Shown here in pieces: positions 39,574 through 49,571 of a DNA stretch of 64,000 nt. The DNA lies in contig JANRKO010000033.1 in NCBI GenBank assembly GCA_033763455.1, forward strand, positions 160,001-224,000, in the 5' to 3' direction. The notes under the pieces are model-generated. The model did no database searches and was not told the origin of the DNA. It worked only from the letters and a program-made list of their open reading frames with translations. The position numbers were made by a program, and so were the translations under genes. Each line of letters opens with the position of its first letter. Positions within the stretch are counted from its first letter, which is position 1. The DNA comes from Polyangiaceae bacterium (GTDB lineage: Bacteria > Myxococcota_A > Polyangia > Polyangiales > Polyangiaceae).

Positions 39574-41058
39574 TCAGGCGTGAGCCCAATGCGTAGAGGG
39601 CGAAGCCACTACCCGGGGGTCAACAAGGGCACTGAGGCATGGTCGCACTACGGATTCGAGCACCCGCGTTCGAATTTCGCGGCTCAGCTCCGGGCTTGCG
39701 AGACCATAAGCGTGCAGTTCTTGTGCGGAGATGCCGGCGCGTTCTTCTTCGTCGGATCCTTCGCACGGTGGGTCTTCAGCCAACACACGCCGGCCGAGAG
39801 CCGCCGCTGCCTCACGCAATTCCGGATGCACCCCAAGCAACCACCGCACAGCACGGTAGGCAAGCTCCGCATGTCGAGCTTCATCGTCGCTCACTTTACG
39901 GAGCAGATCACGCACGTACGGATCCTCGGCGCGCAGGGAAAGTTCGAGCGCCTCCACGGCAGCGACAGTTTCCCCTACACAACCCTCCAAGAGCGTTGTG
40001 GTGAGAATGGCTTCGGGTGAGGAATCATTCAGAGCTCCCTCAATCGATAGAGCGCCCGGGCCAATTGCGCCCTCTGCATAGCGGCTCGCCAGGCCAAAGG
40101 CCTCGCGCGCATGGCGAAGCTCGTCGGAGGCGGCGCGCTGGGTGGCTTCGAGCAGATCGCTCGGCGCTCCGAGCGACAAAAGTTGGAGGGAGAAACGCGA
40201 AAACGCAGCCACAGAGGCGTGCTCCATGAGAGCGATGCGCGTCCAGCCGAGCACTACGGCATCGCGCAATGGCCGGCAAAGATTATCCGCGGCATCGATC
40301 GTGGGCTCAGCAATCCAATCGGGCGAGTTGCTGAGCGCCGCGAGCCTTTCGCTGCCATTGATCAAGAAGGGGCGCCCGATGACGCAGTTACCTGGTGAGC
40401 AGATCCTGATCCCGTTTTCCACCGTGCACACTGCGCCGGCCATACCGCGCGCGGCGCAATCTGCGTCCACAGCGCACTGATCGGCGGATGTTTGGCAAGC
40501 AAGAGCCGGCCCCCCACAAAAAGGCATCGAGACATAACCCGCGCAGAGTTGGCCGGTGGGGCAAGCTTGGTCATTCGCGCAGGTACTCGGAACACACTGT
40601 CCGGAAGCTTCTCCGCATTGGCAAACTGAACCCGCGTCGCAGTCGGCATCCGATGCGCACCCATAGGTGCAGTAGCATCCCACCTGCCCAACTCCACACT
40701 GGCCGTAAGGCTTCGCCTTGCAATCCGCATTGGTGGCACACTGCTGGTTTGAGCCCGGAGGCAGCATCACCTGGCTGCAAATCTCGGGAAGCGACGCTGC
40801 TACGGGGCACTTCCCAATGGTCGGCCGGTGGAGAAGCCCGTTTTCGCAGGTCGAAAACCCTGTATCTATGCCGTTGACCAGGAGAGGCATCGACTTGCCA
40901 CATGCAAACATCGAAGGCTGTCCGCCAACACCGCTCGGAGCGCCTCCCGTACCGCCCGAGCCGTTCACGTCCACGGAGGAGCCACCGCACCCGGGCAGAA
41001 GCCCGAGCGCCGCAGCAAAGGTTGTGCACCACATATCGACGGATACCCGAAGCTTCAT
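39574..41058 (-). CDS. Cys-rich lipoprotein with C-terminal ferritin-like domain
   Basis: LPGC lipobox, repeated C..DADC modules, GRPF, EHASVAAF, DELRH, EGCVGET, DEARH. Confidence 0.85.
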   Translation of the reverse strand: MKLRVSVDMWCTTFAAALGLLPGCGGSSVDVNGSGGTGGAPSGVGGQPSMFACGKSMPLLVNGIDTGFSTCENGLLHRPTIGKCPVAASLPEICSQVMLPPGSNQQCATNADCKAKPYGQCGVGQVGCYCTYGCASDADCDAGSVCQCGEASGQCVPSTCANDQACPTGQLCAGYVSMPFCGGPALACQTSADQCAVDADCAARGMAGAVCTVENGIRICSPGNCVIGRPFLINGSERLAALSNSPDWIAEPTIDAADNLCRPLRDAVVLGWTRIALMEHASVAAFSRFSLQLLSLGAPSDLLEATQRAASDELRHAREAFGLASRYAEGAIGPGALSIEGALNDSSPEAILTTTLLEGCVGETVAAVEALELSLRAEDPYVRDLLRKVSDDEARHAELAYRAVRWLLGVHPELREAAAALGRRVLAEDPPCEGSDEEERAGISAQELHAYGLASPELSREIRTRVLESVVRPCLSALVDPRVVASPSTHWAHA

Positions 41059-41308
41059 GCTATCTTTCTGAGCAAACCTCGTGCCATCTGCTACCTCCAC
41101 CGCGCTCGCCCAGACTTATATGGCGCAAATCCGCAAGAACGTGCGCGAGGCGCATCGCGCAGGGCTTACACTGAACATCGGCCCGGCTGATCCGGCGTGC
41201 CAATGTTGGCACACCTGGCGCTTCAAGCCGCAAGGAGTGCGCTCGCCCCCACATCCTTCTCAGCCCTTTCCCGGAACCTTGACGATCAGCTAGCGTCGCC
41301 CACCTCGC

Positions 41309-42232
41309 ATGCCGGCCGGTAGCCTTCTCACCCTTCTCGACGACATTGCCACCGTGCTGGATGACATTGCGGTCCTCACGAAGGTGGCCGCGAAGAAGAC
41401 GGCTGGGGTGCTCGGCGACGATCTCGCACTCAACGCCCAGCAGGTCGCAGGCGTGCGCGCCGACCGCGAGTTACCAGTGGTGTGGGCGGTAGCGCGCGGC
41501 TCGGTGGTGAATAAGGCCATCCTGGTGCCAGCCGCCTTGGTCATCAGCGGCTTGATCCCTTGGGCCGTGACGCCCCTCTTGATGCTCGGCGGAGCATTCC
41601 TGTGTTACGAGGGCTGTGAGAAAATTGTCCATAAGTTGCTGCATCGAACCGAAGATGCTGCTCATCAACAGGAACTGAAAGCCGCCGTGATCGATCCGGA
41701 GGCAAACTTCGTCGCGATCGAAAAGGAGAAAATCAAGGGCGCCATTCGCACCGACTTCATACTATCCGCCGAGATCATCACCATCGCTCTCGGAACGATC
41801 GCGGAGGCACCGTTTGGAACGCGAGTGGGGGTCTTGATTGGGGTCGCGATAGTGATGACGCTGGGCGTGTACGGCTTGGTGGCAGCCATCGTGAAGCTGG
41901 ATGATTTTGGTCTATATTTGCATACCAAACCCGGAGAAGCTGCTGGCGTTCGCATTCAGCGACGCTTGGGCATGGGCATCATCAAGTCGGCGCCGTACCT
42001 GATGAAAGGCCTGGGTATCGCTGGTACTTTGGCCATGTTCCTGGTGGGAGGGGGCATTCTGACCCACGGCTTTCACGCTCTCGATGTTTGGATCCAAAAT
42101 GCCGCCAAGACGGCGGGAGCATGGGGCGTCATTTTACCCACGGTGCTCAATGGTCTCGCTGGGCTTATCGCCGGTGCGTTGATAGTCGCTCTTGTAGCTG
42201 GCGTGAAGCGCCTGCTACCGGTTCCTCGTTGA
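41309..42232 (+). CDS. DUF808 (YedI-like) inner membrane protein
   Basis: [52 protein letters not shown]. Confidence 0.92.
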   Translation: MPAGSLLTLLDDIATVLDDIAVLTKVAAKKTAGVLGDDLALNAQQVAGVRADRELPVVWAVARGSVVNKAILVPAALVISGLIPWAVTPLLMLGGAFLCYEGCEKIVHKLLHRTEDAAHQQELKAAVIDPEANFVAIEKEKIKGAIRTDFILSAEIITIALGTIAEAPFGTRVGVLIGVAIVMTLGVYGLVAAIVKLDDFGLYLHTKPGEAAGVRIQRRLGMGIIKSAPYLMKGLGIAGTLAMFLVGGGILTHGFHALDVWIQNAAKTAGAWGVILPTVLNGLAGLIAGALIVALVAGVKRLLPVPR

Positions 42233-42318
42233 CAGGCTTACTGACTCGGCGGTTCGTGTTGGGCGGTGAGCTTGGATTCGCAATAGCTGCCGGAGGACAA
42301 AGGCAATCCGCTGTGTTG

Positions 42319-43578
42319 CTACGGCACCTCGCTTGCTAAGAACCGCCGAAAAGCCTTCGGATCACTCATCAACGCCAGGCGCAGGTTTTCCAGCACAGTA
42401 TCCTGATGGCCCTCACCTCGATGAGCCATCACCAGATCGGCGACTCCCAGCGCCTCGAGCACGTCAGCCTTCGCCACCTCTTTGCGTCCATGTCCGACTG
42501 CACTCGCGCGTGCGAAACGCGAAACCACGCAAAGGGTCAGCCCCAAGTCGACGATGACTCGCGTGAGGTACGTCTGGCGGGCGAAGAGCTGGCCGCGCGC
42601 GATGACCTCGCCTAGGTATTCCGCCACGAGGGGAGCCAATTCTCCGGCCAAAAAAGGCGGGACGCGGTCGATCTGCGCCATGGCGACGGGCGAAGGTACG
42701 TAGAGTAAATCCACTTTTCCCACCTGAAGCAGCCATGAAAGCTTGTTGCCCCAAGCTCCTACCCGCTGGGAAAAGGACGACCTCCGGGCTGCAAATTCGG
42801 GCAGCACGCGTGCTGGATAGCTGAGGCTGCCAAGAACATGAGCATAGAAGACGCGCGCCTGCCAGGTGGGGCGAGTGCGCCGCTCTTGGCTCGCCAGCAC
42901 GGTGCGTTCCCTAGCCACTTCGATGGCTTGCTGTACCTCGAGATCTTTCGGTTCCGCCCCGCGTGGCAGCACGTCGTCGAATTCGTCCGTGAGCGCGTAG
43001 CTCTGCAGGGCACCTCGTAGCGGCGAACCCGCTGCGAGGATTTCGCGCCATGCGCCCACCACCATGAGATACTGCTTTAGCGCGAGTGTGCGCCCCGAAC
43101 GCAAGCCCATACGCGAAGCCAGGGGGCGAGCACCGCCAGCCTGCTCCAGCTTGCTGGCAATTTGACCGGACAATAGTTCGCCGTAGTTGTCGCGGATCGA
43201 GGGGCAGTGCCGCGATAGCAACGCGACTGGCTCGCCCTGCTCGTTCTTCATGAATCCGAACGGATAAGCCTGACACGCCTGAGGAATGCCGGAGTGCCCG
43301 AAGCGCTTCTGCAGCCCACAGAGCAGATCGTCGTCGAGGAAAACACACTGCAACTGGCGATCTCGTTCCACCATGGGCAACGTGCCACCGGCTAGAATGG
43401 CCGGAGCACGCCCCACGAGTCGCTCGCGAAGCCCGCTGTCCGAAAGCGCGGCATGCGCAACCTCCGGCGACACCGGAATGCCCCACGGCGTCCGACAGCA
43501 GCGCGCGGGGCAATCCCGACAGGCGTAGCGCTGCTCCTCAGGGTAGTGGATACGAAGAGCCTTTTTCTTCGACGCCAT
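42319..43578 (-). CDS. YkgJ/FliB-family cysteine-cluster protein
   Basis: CRDCPARCC..PW, CVFLDDDLLC.L, P.ACQAYPF, S.HCP. Confidence 0.8.
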   Translation of the reverse strand: MASKKKALRIHYPEEQRYACRDCPARCCRTPWGIPVSPEVAHAALSDSGLRERLVGRAPAILAGGTLPMVERDRQLQCVFLDDDLLCGLQKRFGHSGIPQACQAYPFGFMKNEQGEPVALLSRHCPSIRDNYGELLSGQIASKLEQAGGARPLASRMGLRSGRTLALKQYLMVVGAWREILAAGSPLRGALQSYALTDEFDDVLPRGAEPKDLEVQQAIEVARERTVLASQERRTRPTWQARVFYAHVLGSLSYPARVLPEFAARRSSFSQRVGAWGNKLSWLLQVGKVDLLYVPSPVAMAQIDRVPPFLAGELAPLVAEYLGEVIARGQLFARQTYLTRVIVDLGLTLCVVSRFARASAVGHGRKEVAKADVLEALGVADLVMAHRGEGHQDTVLENLRLALMSDPKAFRRFLASEVP

Positions 43579-43811
43579 GTGACCGCGACTCTATACGCCG
43601 CCAGCATCAATGAGGCCACAGTGCTCCGTCCTCGACGCTGGATTCTGGGGCGGTCAGCGGCGAAAGGAATCAACAATTGATGGGGGAGCGGATGGCGAAC
43701 GCGTGGTGGTCCATGCTCGGCAGGTAAGGTGGGGATCGTCGCCACTTTTTCCTATTGAGCAGCCAGGCTGAGAGCTCATAGGGTTGCGTTCGGCTTTCAC
43801 CGCCTGCCACC

Positions 43812-46800
43812 ATGCCGAGCGAAAACCGGGGATTCAGTCTGATCGTAGCCGCGCTTCTGGTGGTGCTTGGCATTGGGCAGGTGCGTGGGGCCAGTGAGTC
43901 AACACAAGCCAAGGCGACCACTACGCCATCGCCAACGCCTGTGACTGCGTCAACGCCTTCGTCCAGCGGCTCCAGCGAGGTGCCACTGGTGGCAGCCAAG
44001 GTAAAAGCGCCGGCTACCTGCACGGAGGCGTTGGACGTGCTGGAGAGCTACCGCACGCTCTACCGTCAGCCCGGAGCGAAGGGTGTCTTTCAGTTTCTCG
44101 TGGTGCTCGCGCCCGATCCCGAAGACTCGGGCCACACGGACTACTTTGATGCCGTGATGGAAGGAGTCGAAGAAGCTGCAGCGGCTGGAACGCTTGGCCA
44201 CAAAGACGGTCGCAAGTACTCGCGCCGCTTCGTCAAAGATCACCATTATTTTCCGTGGCCGGGAAGTAGTGCCAGCAAACGCAGCCAGCGTTGCTGGGAG
44301 AAGACGCCCGGTGTGGTGCTCTACCGTCCGGTTAACGATCCCCAGAGTGAACAAGCGCTCGCGCTCCTGGTGGTGGGAGAAACGCCAACCTGGGGTGTGC
44401 AGGCGCAGCAGCTCAGTACCGCGTTTTCGTGGATTGACGAGGATTCACCCCTAACTGAATACCGAATCCTCGGCCCTACTTTTTCTGGAAGTGCCGATTC
44501 CCTGGCGGCCATGATCCGGCAGCAAGCCGCAGCGCGTCGCGCCCAGGCTACCCCGCCGTTGCCAAACCTCAATTTCCATATCGCCTCGGGCACCGCGACA
44601 GGCATTAACGTTAAGCAGACGTTGGATTCTCTGAGCCAGGCCAATCTCGGCTTCACGATCGAATACCGCACCTCGGTTCCCAGTTACGACATCCTCCTGG
44701 TCGAGATGTTGCGATTTCTCGCGAGCACCAACGGAGGCTTGGCAAACGGGCCGAACGACACCGCACTCTTAACGGAAAGCATGACAGCCTACGGCGAGAA
44801 TGTTCGGCGTAGCAACGCGCATCCGCTCCGGAACATCCCGCAGTTCGGGTTCCCGCCCAATCTCGAATCTTTGCGCCGCGCCTACAGCGGGATCGACCAA
44901 ACGGCGACTCCCGCTATCCGCGCACCCTCTTCCGCACGAACAACGCCTGAGGAGCAGAGAGGGGAGCTCTCAGATCAGACACCCATCAGCCATGATTTGG
45001 CGCTCGCAGAGCTCTTAGGAAAGCTAAAGCAAAATCAGGTTCGCAACGTTGGCATCGTGGCCACGGGCGCTCGAGATGTCGTCTTTATGGCTGAACGCAT
45101 CAAGCGTCAGCTTCCCGATGTTCGCCTCTTCACCATCGGTTTAGACATTCGCTACCTCCACCCGGACCATGCCGATGTTCTCAACGGCATGGTGGTCGCT
45201 CATGCAGCCCCCGAAGTAAGCGGACATAACTCAGCCGCGCAATCCACCGTTCTTGAGAATCCCATGAGCCGGGGTGTCGCCGGCGCCGCCCGACACCTGC
45301 TTGCCCAACAGCCGCTCTCGCGCAAGGTGCAGCTCTCGCTCTTGAGCAACGGAACCCAATTTTCGCTCACCCCGGGACTCAAGGTACCCGCCATCCCTCG
45401 TACTTTTCGCGCCGTCTATTGGCTATCTTTGGTGGTGTTTGGGTTGATTTCGTTGGCCGTCACAGTGCCGGCGTTGCTGCTTAAACTCACGCGGCTCAAG
45501 GAGCGAATAGCATGCCTAGAAGGCGTAATGCGAAGCAGCTTCGTGCGCCAACGCAGCAACTTCTGGTCCACTCTGGGAAACTGCGACCACCTGGACCTCG
45601 CAGCAGATCACGCTTTCGCTACAGCCACATTGCTCACGACAGCTCTCGCTGTTCCAGCGCTCATGGCGGCTGCAACGCTGCGAGTAACCTTCACACTTGC
45701 CAACGCGATGATATTCGGCACCATCGTCGCTATCACGCTTGGCCTAGCCTGGTGGAAGACGCGGGGCTATTGGTCGCGTAAGAACTGGCAGGCGTGGACT
45801 TTGGGCGCGGGTGCTGGTTCCGCTGCTTGCCTTGGGACAAGCTTGGGCTGTGCTCCGCCCCGCGAGGCGACCTTCCATCTTCTGAGTGGCGGCTCGCCGT
45901 TGCTGGCCGCACTGCTTGGCCTAGCCATGCTACTGGTGACAGCTTGGTGCTGGCGCGCACGACTCCGGTTGCTCGATACCTTTCGCTTCGGTGCCTTGTC
46001 GGGAGCTCGTTTCTTCAAGCACATGCCGCTTCCCTTGAGCCAGATCCTCGGCAAAGCTGAGCAGAGCGAACTCGGTCAGCATGAACGGCGACTGCTGAGG
46101 TTGTTGCAGAGCCCCTGGTCTGCCCCGGCGGTCCCGTTCATCGTGAACGTGCTCCTCATCGCCTGCATGGGGCTCGTAGTGTGCACAAAACCGGTTTTGA
46201 CGTTCGAAGAGGGTTTTCGGCACTGGATCTTGGTTGGGTTCGTGTGCATCTGCATCCTCCCGATTGCGACCAGCTTTGCGCGCATCCTGATAGCCTCTCA
46301 AGCGCTCACACGAGTCCTCGGGGCTGCAGCCTGTGCCCCGATCCTGAAGGCGCTTCGCGACCTTCCTCCCAAGCTCGCACGCCGTCTGGAATCTCAGCTC
46401 GCCGAAGGCGGCCGCGAGGTGGGCGAGCTGCGTTACGCAGTGGAAACGCTGGCAAAAATCGGGAGAGCCTCAACAGCCTTTGCCAGCGTGGCCAAAGAAT
46501 GCCGCGAATTGCTGGAGGCCGAGCTCGCCTACGAAGCTGGCGCAGATCCCTCGGACAAAAATCCGCTAGAGAGCGCCCGTGCCCCAGCTAGGCTCGCCGA
46601 TCGCCTGCTGCTCACGGCACAAGAGCTCGCAAGCTCTCCAAGCTCTGGTCCGCTGCGCAATCTGGTCGTAGAGTACCAGGCGCGGCTCGTAGCGATCTTT
46701 GTCGCACGCTACGTACGCCAGCTGAGGCTCTTAATCCCCCCAGTGCTCGTCGGAAGCGTGCTGGCGGTGCTGATGACATCCCTATATTTCGTGCAGCCAC

Positions 46801-47066
46801 GACACATGATCTCAAGCATTTGCTTCATCTGGGTTACCGCGATGGTTCTCGGAATTATAGCCGTCTACCTCGGGTTGGCGCGCGATCCAGTCATCAGCGC
46901 TATTGGGCGCACCACCGCGGGTTCAGTCACTCCCAGCTGGACGCTCGCTGTGCGTGTTCTGGGCGTCACCCTTGTCCCATTGGCGAGCCTACTTGCAAGC
47001 CAGTACCCCGAGTTTGCATTCCACGTGAGCTCGCTGTTGGGCGCGGTTGGTCGAGTGTTTCAGTAG
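43812..47066 (+). CDS. Large hypothetical membrane protein (extracytoplasmic domain plus multi-TM region)
   Basis: 1084 aa with an N-terminal signal/anchor, a soluble domain of about 500 aa (PDP..., PGVVLYR, VGETPT.G, ILGPTFSGS) and about 10-11 hydrophobic helices. Confidence 0.8.
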   Translation: MPSENRGFSLIVAALLVVLGIGQVRGASESTQAKATTTPSPTPVTASTPSSSGSSEVPLVAAKVKAPATCTEALDVLESYRTLYRQPGAKGVFQFLVVLAPDPEDSGHTDYFDAVMEGVEEAAAAGTLGHKDGRKYSRRFVKDHHYFPWPGSSASKRSQRCWEKTPGVVLYRPVNDPQSEQALALLVVGETPTWGVQAQQLSTAFSWIDEDSPLTEYRILGPTFSGSADSLAAMIRQQAAARRAQATPPLPNLNFHIASGTATGINVKQTLDSLSQANLGFTIEYRTSVPSYDILLVEMLRFLASTNGGLANGPNDTALLTESMTAYGENVRRSNAHPLRNIPQFGFPPNLESLRRAYSGIDQTATPAIRAPSSARTTPEEQRGELSDQTPISHDLALAELLGKLKQNQVRNVGIVATGARDVVFMAERIKRQLPDVRLFTIGLDIRYLHPDHADVLNGMVVAHAAPEVSGHNSAAQSTVLENPMSRGVAGAARHLLAQQPLSRKVQLSLLSNGTQFSLTPGLKVPAIPRTFRAVYWLSLVVFGLISLAVTVPALLLKLTRLKERIACLEGVMRSSFVRQRSNFWSTLGNCDHLDLAADHAFATATLLTTALAVPALMAAATLRVTFTLANAMIFGTIVAITLGLAWWKTRGYWSRKNWQAWTLGAGAGSAACLGTSLGCAPPREATFHLLSGGSPLLAALLGLAMLLVTAWCWRARLRLLDTFRFGALSGARFFKHMPLPLSQILGKAEQSELGQHERRLLRLLQSPWSAPAVPFIVNVLLIACMGLVVCTKPVLTFEEGFRHWILVGFVCICILPIATSFARILIASQALTRVLGAAACAPILKALRDLPPKLARRLESQLAEGGREVGELRYAVETLAKIGRASTAFASVAKECRELLEAELAYEAGADPSDKNPLESARAPARLADRLLLTAQELASSPSSGPLRNLVVEYQARLVAIFVARYVRQLRLLIPPVLVGSVLAVLMTSLYFVQPRHMISSICFIWVTAMVLGIIAVYLGLARDPVISAIGRTTAGSVTPSWTLAVRVLGVTLVPLASLLASQYPEFAFHVSSLLGAVGRVFQ

Positions 47067-47077
47067 TGAGCGCTAGC

Positions 47078-48448
47078 TCAAGAGTCGTCCCCTCGCAAGG
47101 CCCGGATCCGCACGATCGTGGTGCCTGGCTTGGGTACGATGGTAAGCTGCGGTTGCACCTCGATCTTCCTGGGCTCGACAGCCTCCAGCTGAAATTTGCG
47201 GAGAACTGCCGCCACCACCACCTTCAGCTCCTCTTGTGCTAACGACTGCCCGGTACACACGCGGGGACCTGTGCTAAACGGGAGGTAGGCGCGAGCGCGC
47301 GAATTCAGACCTCCAGAAACGCCCCAGCGTTCGGGGCAAAAGGCCTCTGGATCTGGAAAAACCTTGGGGTCCCTATGGAACACCCACAAAGGCACGAGAA
47401 GTTCGTCACCCTTGCGCACCAGGTGACGGCCGAGCATGACGTCGCGCACCGCCATGCGGGCTATCATGTGGACGGCCGGGTAGAGCCGGAGCGTTTCCTT
47501 GAGTGACCGGTCCAAAGTCTCGCTCGCGCCGCTCGCCGCAAGCTCACTGCGGATCATGGACTGCAGGTCCGGACGGTAGGAGAGCTCGTACAGAGCGAAA
47601 GCCATGGAAGTCGCGGTAGTGTCGTGACCGGCGAGGAAAAGGGTCACGACCTGATCTCGGATCTGGCGGTCCGTCATCAGGGCGCGACCCCGGGCGTCAC
47701 GAGCCTGAAGCATCGCGCTGAGAAGCCCACGGTCGTTCCTCCCCTGCTTGCGTTCCTCGCGTATGAGAGCAAAGACGGCCCGGTCGAGAGCCCAGTTCGC
47801 GCTTCGAGACCGCAGGTTCGCGAGGGTCGGAAGATAGTGCGGGTAGGGTAAGCATCGGATCTCCACGGCTCGGTGCCAGCGTTGCACTGCGGTGGCCGCA
47901 CGTCGGATCGAGGGGCGAAGCATCGCTGAGCCCACCCCGAACAGAGCCTGGCAGGCGACTTCAAGGCTCACCTCGATCATCTCTTCGTAGAGCTCAGGCG
48001 TGTCGCCGTCCTGCAAAGCATCTAGCCGCTTTGCAATCGTCGACTCCATCAGGCCGCGATAGCTGGCGGCGGCCTTGGGGGTCATCGTTGGACTCACGAG
48101 CCGTCGCTGCTGCCGCCATGCCTCGCCTTCGGAGGTGACCAACCCGTTGCCGAACGTCGGCCGAGAGAACTGAAGCGCCCGCGACTTGCGGAAAGCATCC
48201 GCCTCGACGGTAAGGATCTGAGTCACGAGTTCGGGGTCTGTAACGATATGAAAGCCCACCGAGTAAAGCCGCAAGCGCACGTGCCCGCCAACCTCGGCAC
48301 AGCGCTGAAACAGGCCGAGCTTGTCCCGGCTGAGATCGCGAACGTGACCGGAAAGCCACGAACTCACCGGTAGAGTCGGGATGCTTGGACGCGCGGAGGT
48401 GAACTCCGACGAGAGCGACGCTGAGCCAGAGATCGACGGGACTCGCAC
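47078..48448 (-). CDS. Cytochrome P450
   Basis: FGNGLVTSEG..W..QRR, LAGHDTT, KETLRLYP, F.PERW, PFSTGPRVCTG. Start uncertain (GTG 48448 chosen). Confidence 0.93.
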   Translation of the reverse strand: MRVPSISGSASLSSEFTSARPSIPTLPVSSWLSGHVRDLSRDKLGLFQRCAEVGGHVRLRLYSVGFHIVTDPELVTQILTVEADAFRKSRALQFSRPTFGNGLVTSEGEAWRQQRRLVSPTMTPKAAASYRGLMESTIAKRLDALQDGDTPELYEEMIEVSLEVACQALFGVGSAMLRPSIRRAATAVQRWHRAVEIRCLPYPHYLPTLANLRSRSANWALDRAVFALIREERKQGRNDRGLLSAMLQARDARGRALMTDRQIRDQVVTLFLAGHDTTATSMAFALYELSYRPDLQSMIRSELAASGASETLDRSLKETLRLYPAVHMIARMAVRDVMLGRHLVRKGDELLVPLWVFHRDPKVFPDPEAFCPERWGVSGGLNSRARAYLPFSTGPRVCTGQSLAQEELKVVVAAVLRKFQLEAVEPRKIEVQPQLTIVPKPGTTIVRIRALRGDDS

Positions 48449-48564
48449 GGGCGGCAGCGTACAGCATGGAGCCAGAGCAGTCAGCCGAAAGTCCGGGGAG
48501 GGTTCGCCGAGCATTGGGGATCACCACCGGTGACCTCGCCGCCGTGGTACACGGCTACCCAGTG

Positions 48565-49422
48565 ATGACCAAGCGCGACGCGGGGAATGTTTGTGTCAAA
48601 GGTGTGAACACCACCTTTTCGCAGCGGGGTCCTGCTGACGATCCCGAAGCGGTGGTCTTTGTTCATGGTAACCCAGGGGAGCGTCACGACTGGGCGCCAA
48701 TGATGGAGGCGCTCGATCCCACGATCAGAGCCGTTGCCCTCGATATGCCGGGCTTTGGTGGTGCCGATCGACCGCGTCGCTTCGACTACAGTCTGCAAGG
48801 GTATGGGCGGCACCTTTCCGGGTTCCTTGATGCACTCGGGATAAAGCGGGCGCATGTCGTTGCCCACGATCTCGGAGGGCCGTGGTGTTTCGCGTGGGCC
48901 CGAACTCGGCGTCAGAGTCTGGCGAGCCTCGTGCTCATCAACTCCGGCATCTTGCTCGGTTTTCAATGGCATGCGGTGGCGCGGCTTTGGCAAACACCTT
49001 TTCTCGCCGAGATCAGCATGGCTCTTCTCAACCGCTGGACCTTCGATCGACTGCTCGATGCCGGTAATCCGCGAGCGTTACCGAAGGCCTTTTTGGAACG
49101 GATCTACGGCACCATTGATGCCGGCAACAAGCGGGCGGTCCGGGCCTTGTATCGATCGATGCGTCCGATCGGCGAGATCTTTCAAGGCATGGCTGATGAT
49201 CTCGGTGGGCTTCCGATCCCCGTATTGGTGATCTGGGGGACCGAAGATCCGTACCTTCCTGTGCACTATGCCACGCGCCAGGCCGCAATTTTTCCCAACG
49301 CCAGTGTCCACCTGCTCGCGGGCTGCGGTCACTGGCCCTTCATCGACGATCCGGAGCGCGTCATTGACCTCGTGGTCCCCTTCGTGCACGCCCAGAAAGA
49401 CTCAGGCTCTCGGAGCGCCTAG
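48565..49422 (+). CDS. Alpha/beta hydrolase (epoxide hydrolase/dehalogenase-like, Asp nucleophile)
   Basis: VHGNP, DMPGFG, AHDLGG, WGTEDPY, CGHW. Start uncertain. Confidence 0.88.
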   Translation: MTKRDAGNVCVKGVNTTFSQRGPADDPEAVVFVHGNPGERHDWAPMMEALDPTIRAVALDMPGFGGADRPRRFDYSLQGYGRHLSGFLDALGIKRAHVVAHDLGGPWCFAWARTRRQSLASLVLINSGILLGFQWHAVARLWQTPFLAEISMALLNRWTFDRLLDAGNPRALPKAFLERIYGTIDAGNKRAVRALYRSMRPIGEIFQGMADDLGGLPIPVLVIWGTEDPYLPVHYATRQAAIFPNASVHLLAGCGHWPFIDDPERVIDLVVPFVHAQKDSGSRSA

Positions 49423-49571
49423 CACACCACAGCGCTCACCTGCATGGTCGTTGGGATCACCGTGTTGGCAGGCTTCAGGCCTCCAATATCGGCATCGGTG
49501 AAACCGGTCTCGAGATCGAGCGGATTGATCGTAACTGCAGCTGCGTTTGAGCCGTTTGCCCTCGGATATTC

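Noticed and set aside
42319..43578. Flagellin methylase implying flagellar genes
   Set aside because: Only the generic YkgJ/FliB Cys cluster is supported, and no flagellar genes are nearby.
49425..49571. In-frame continuation after the propeller stop codon (possible readthrough)
   Set aside because: The protein ends at a normal repeat terminus, and no recoding signal or recognisable domain is present.
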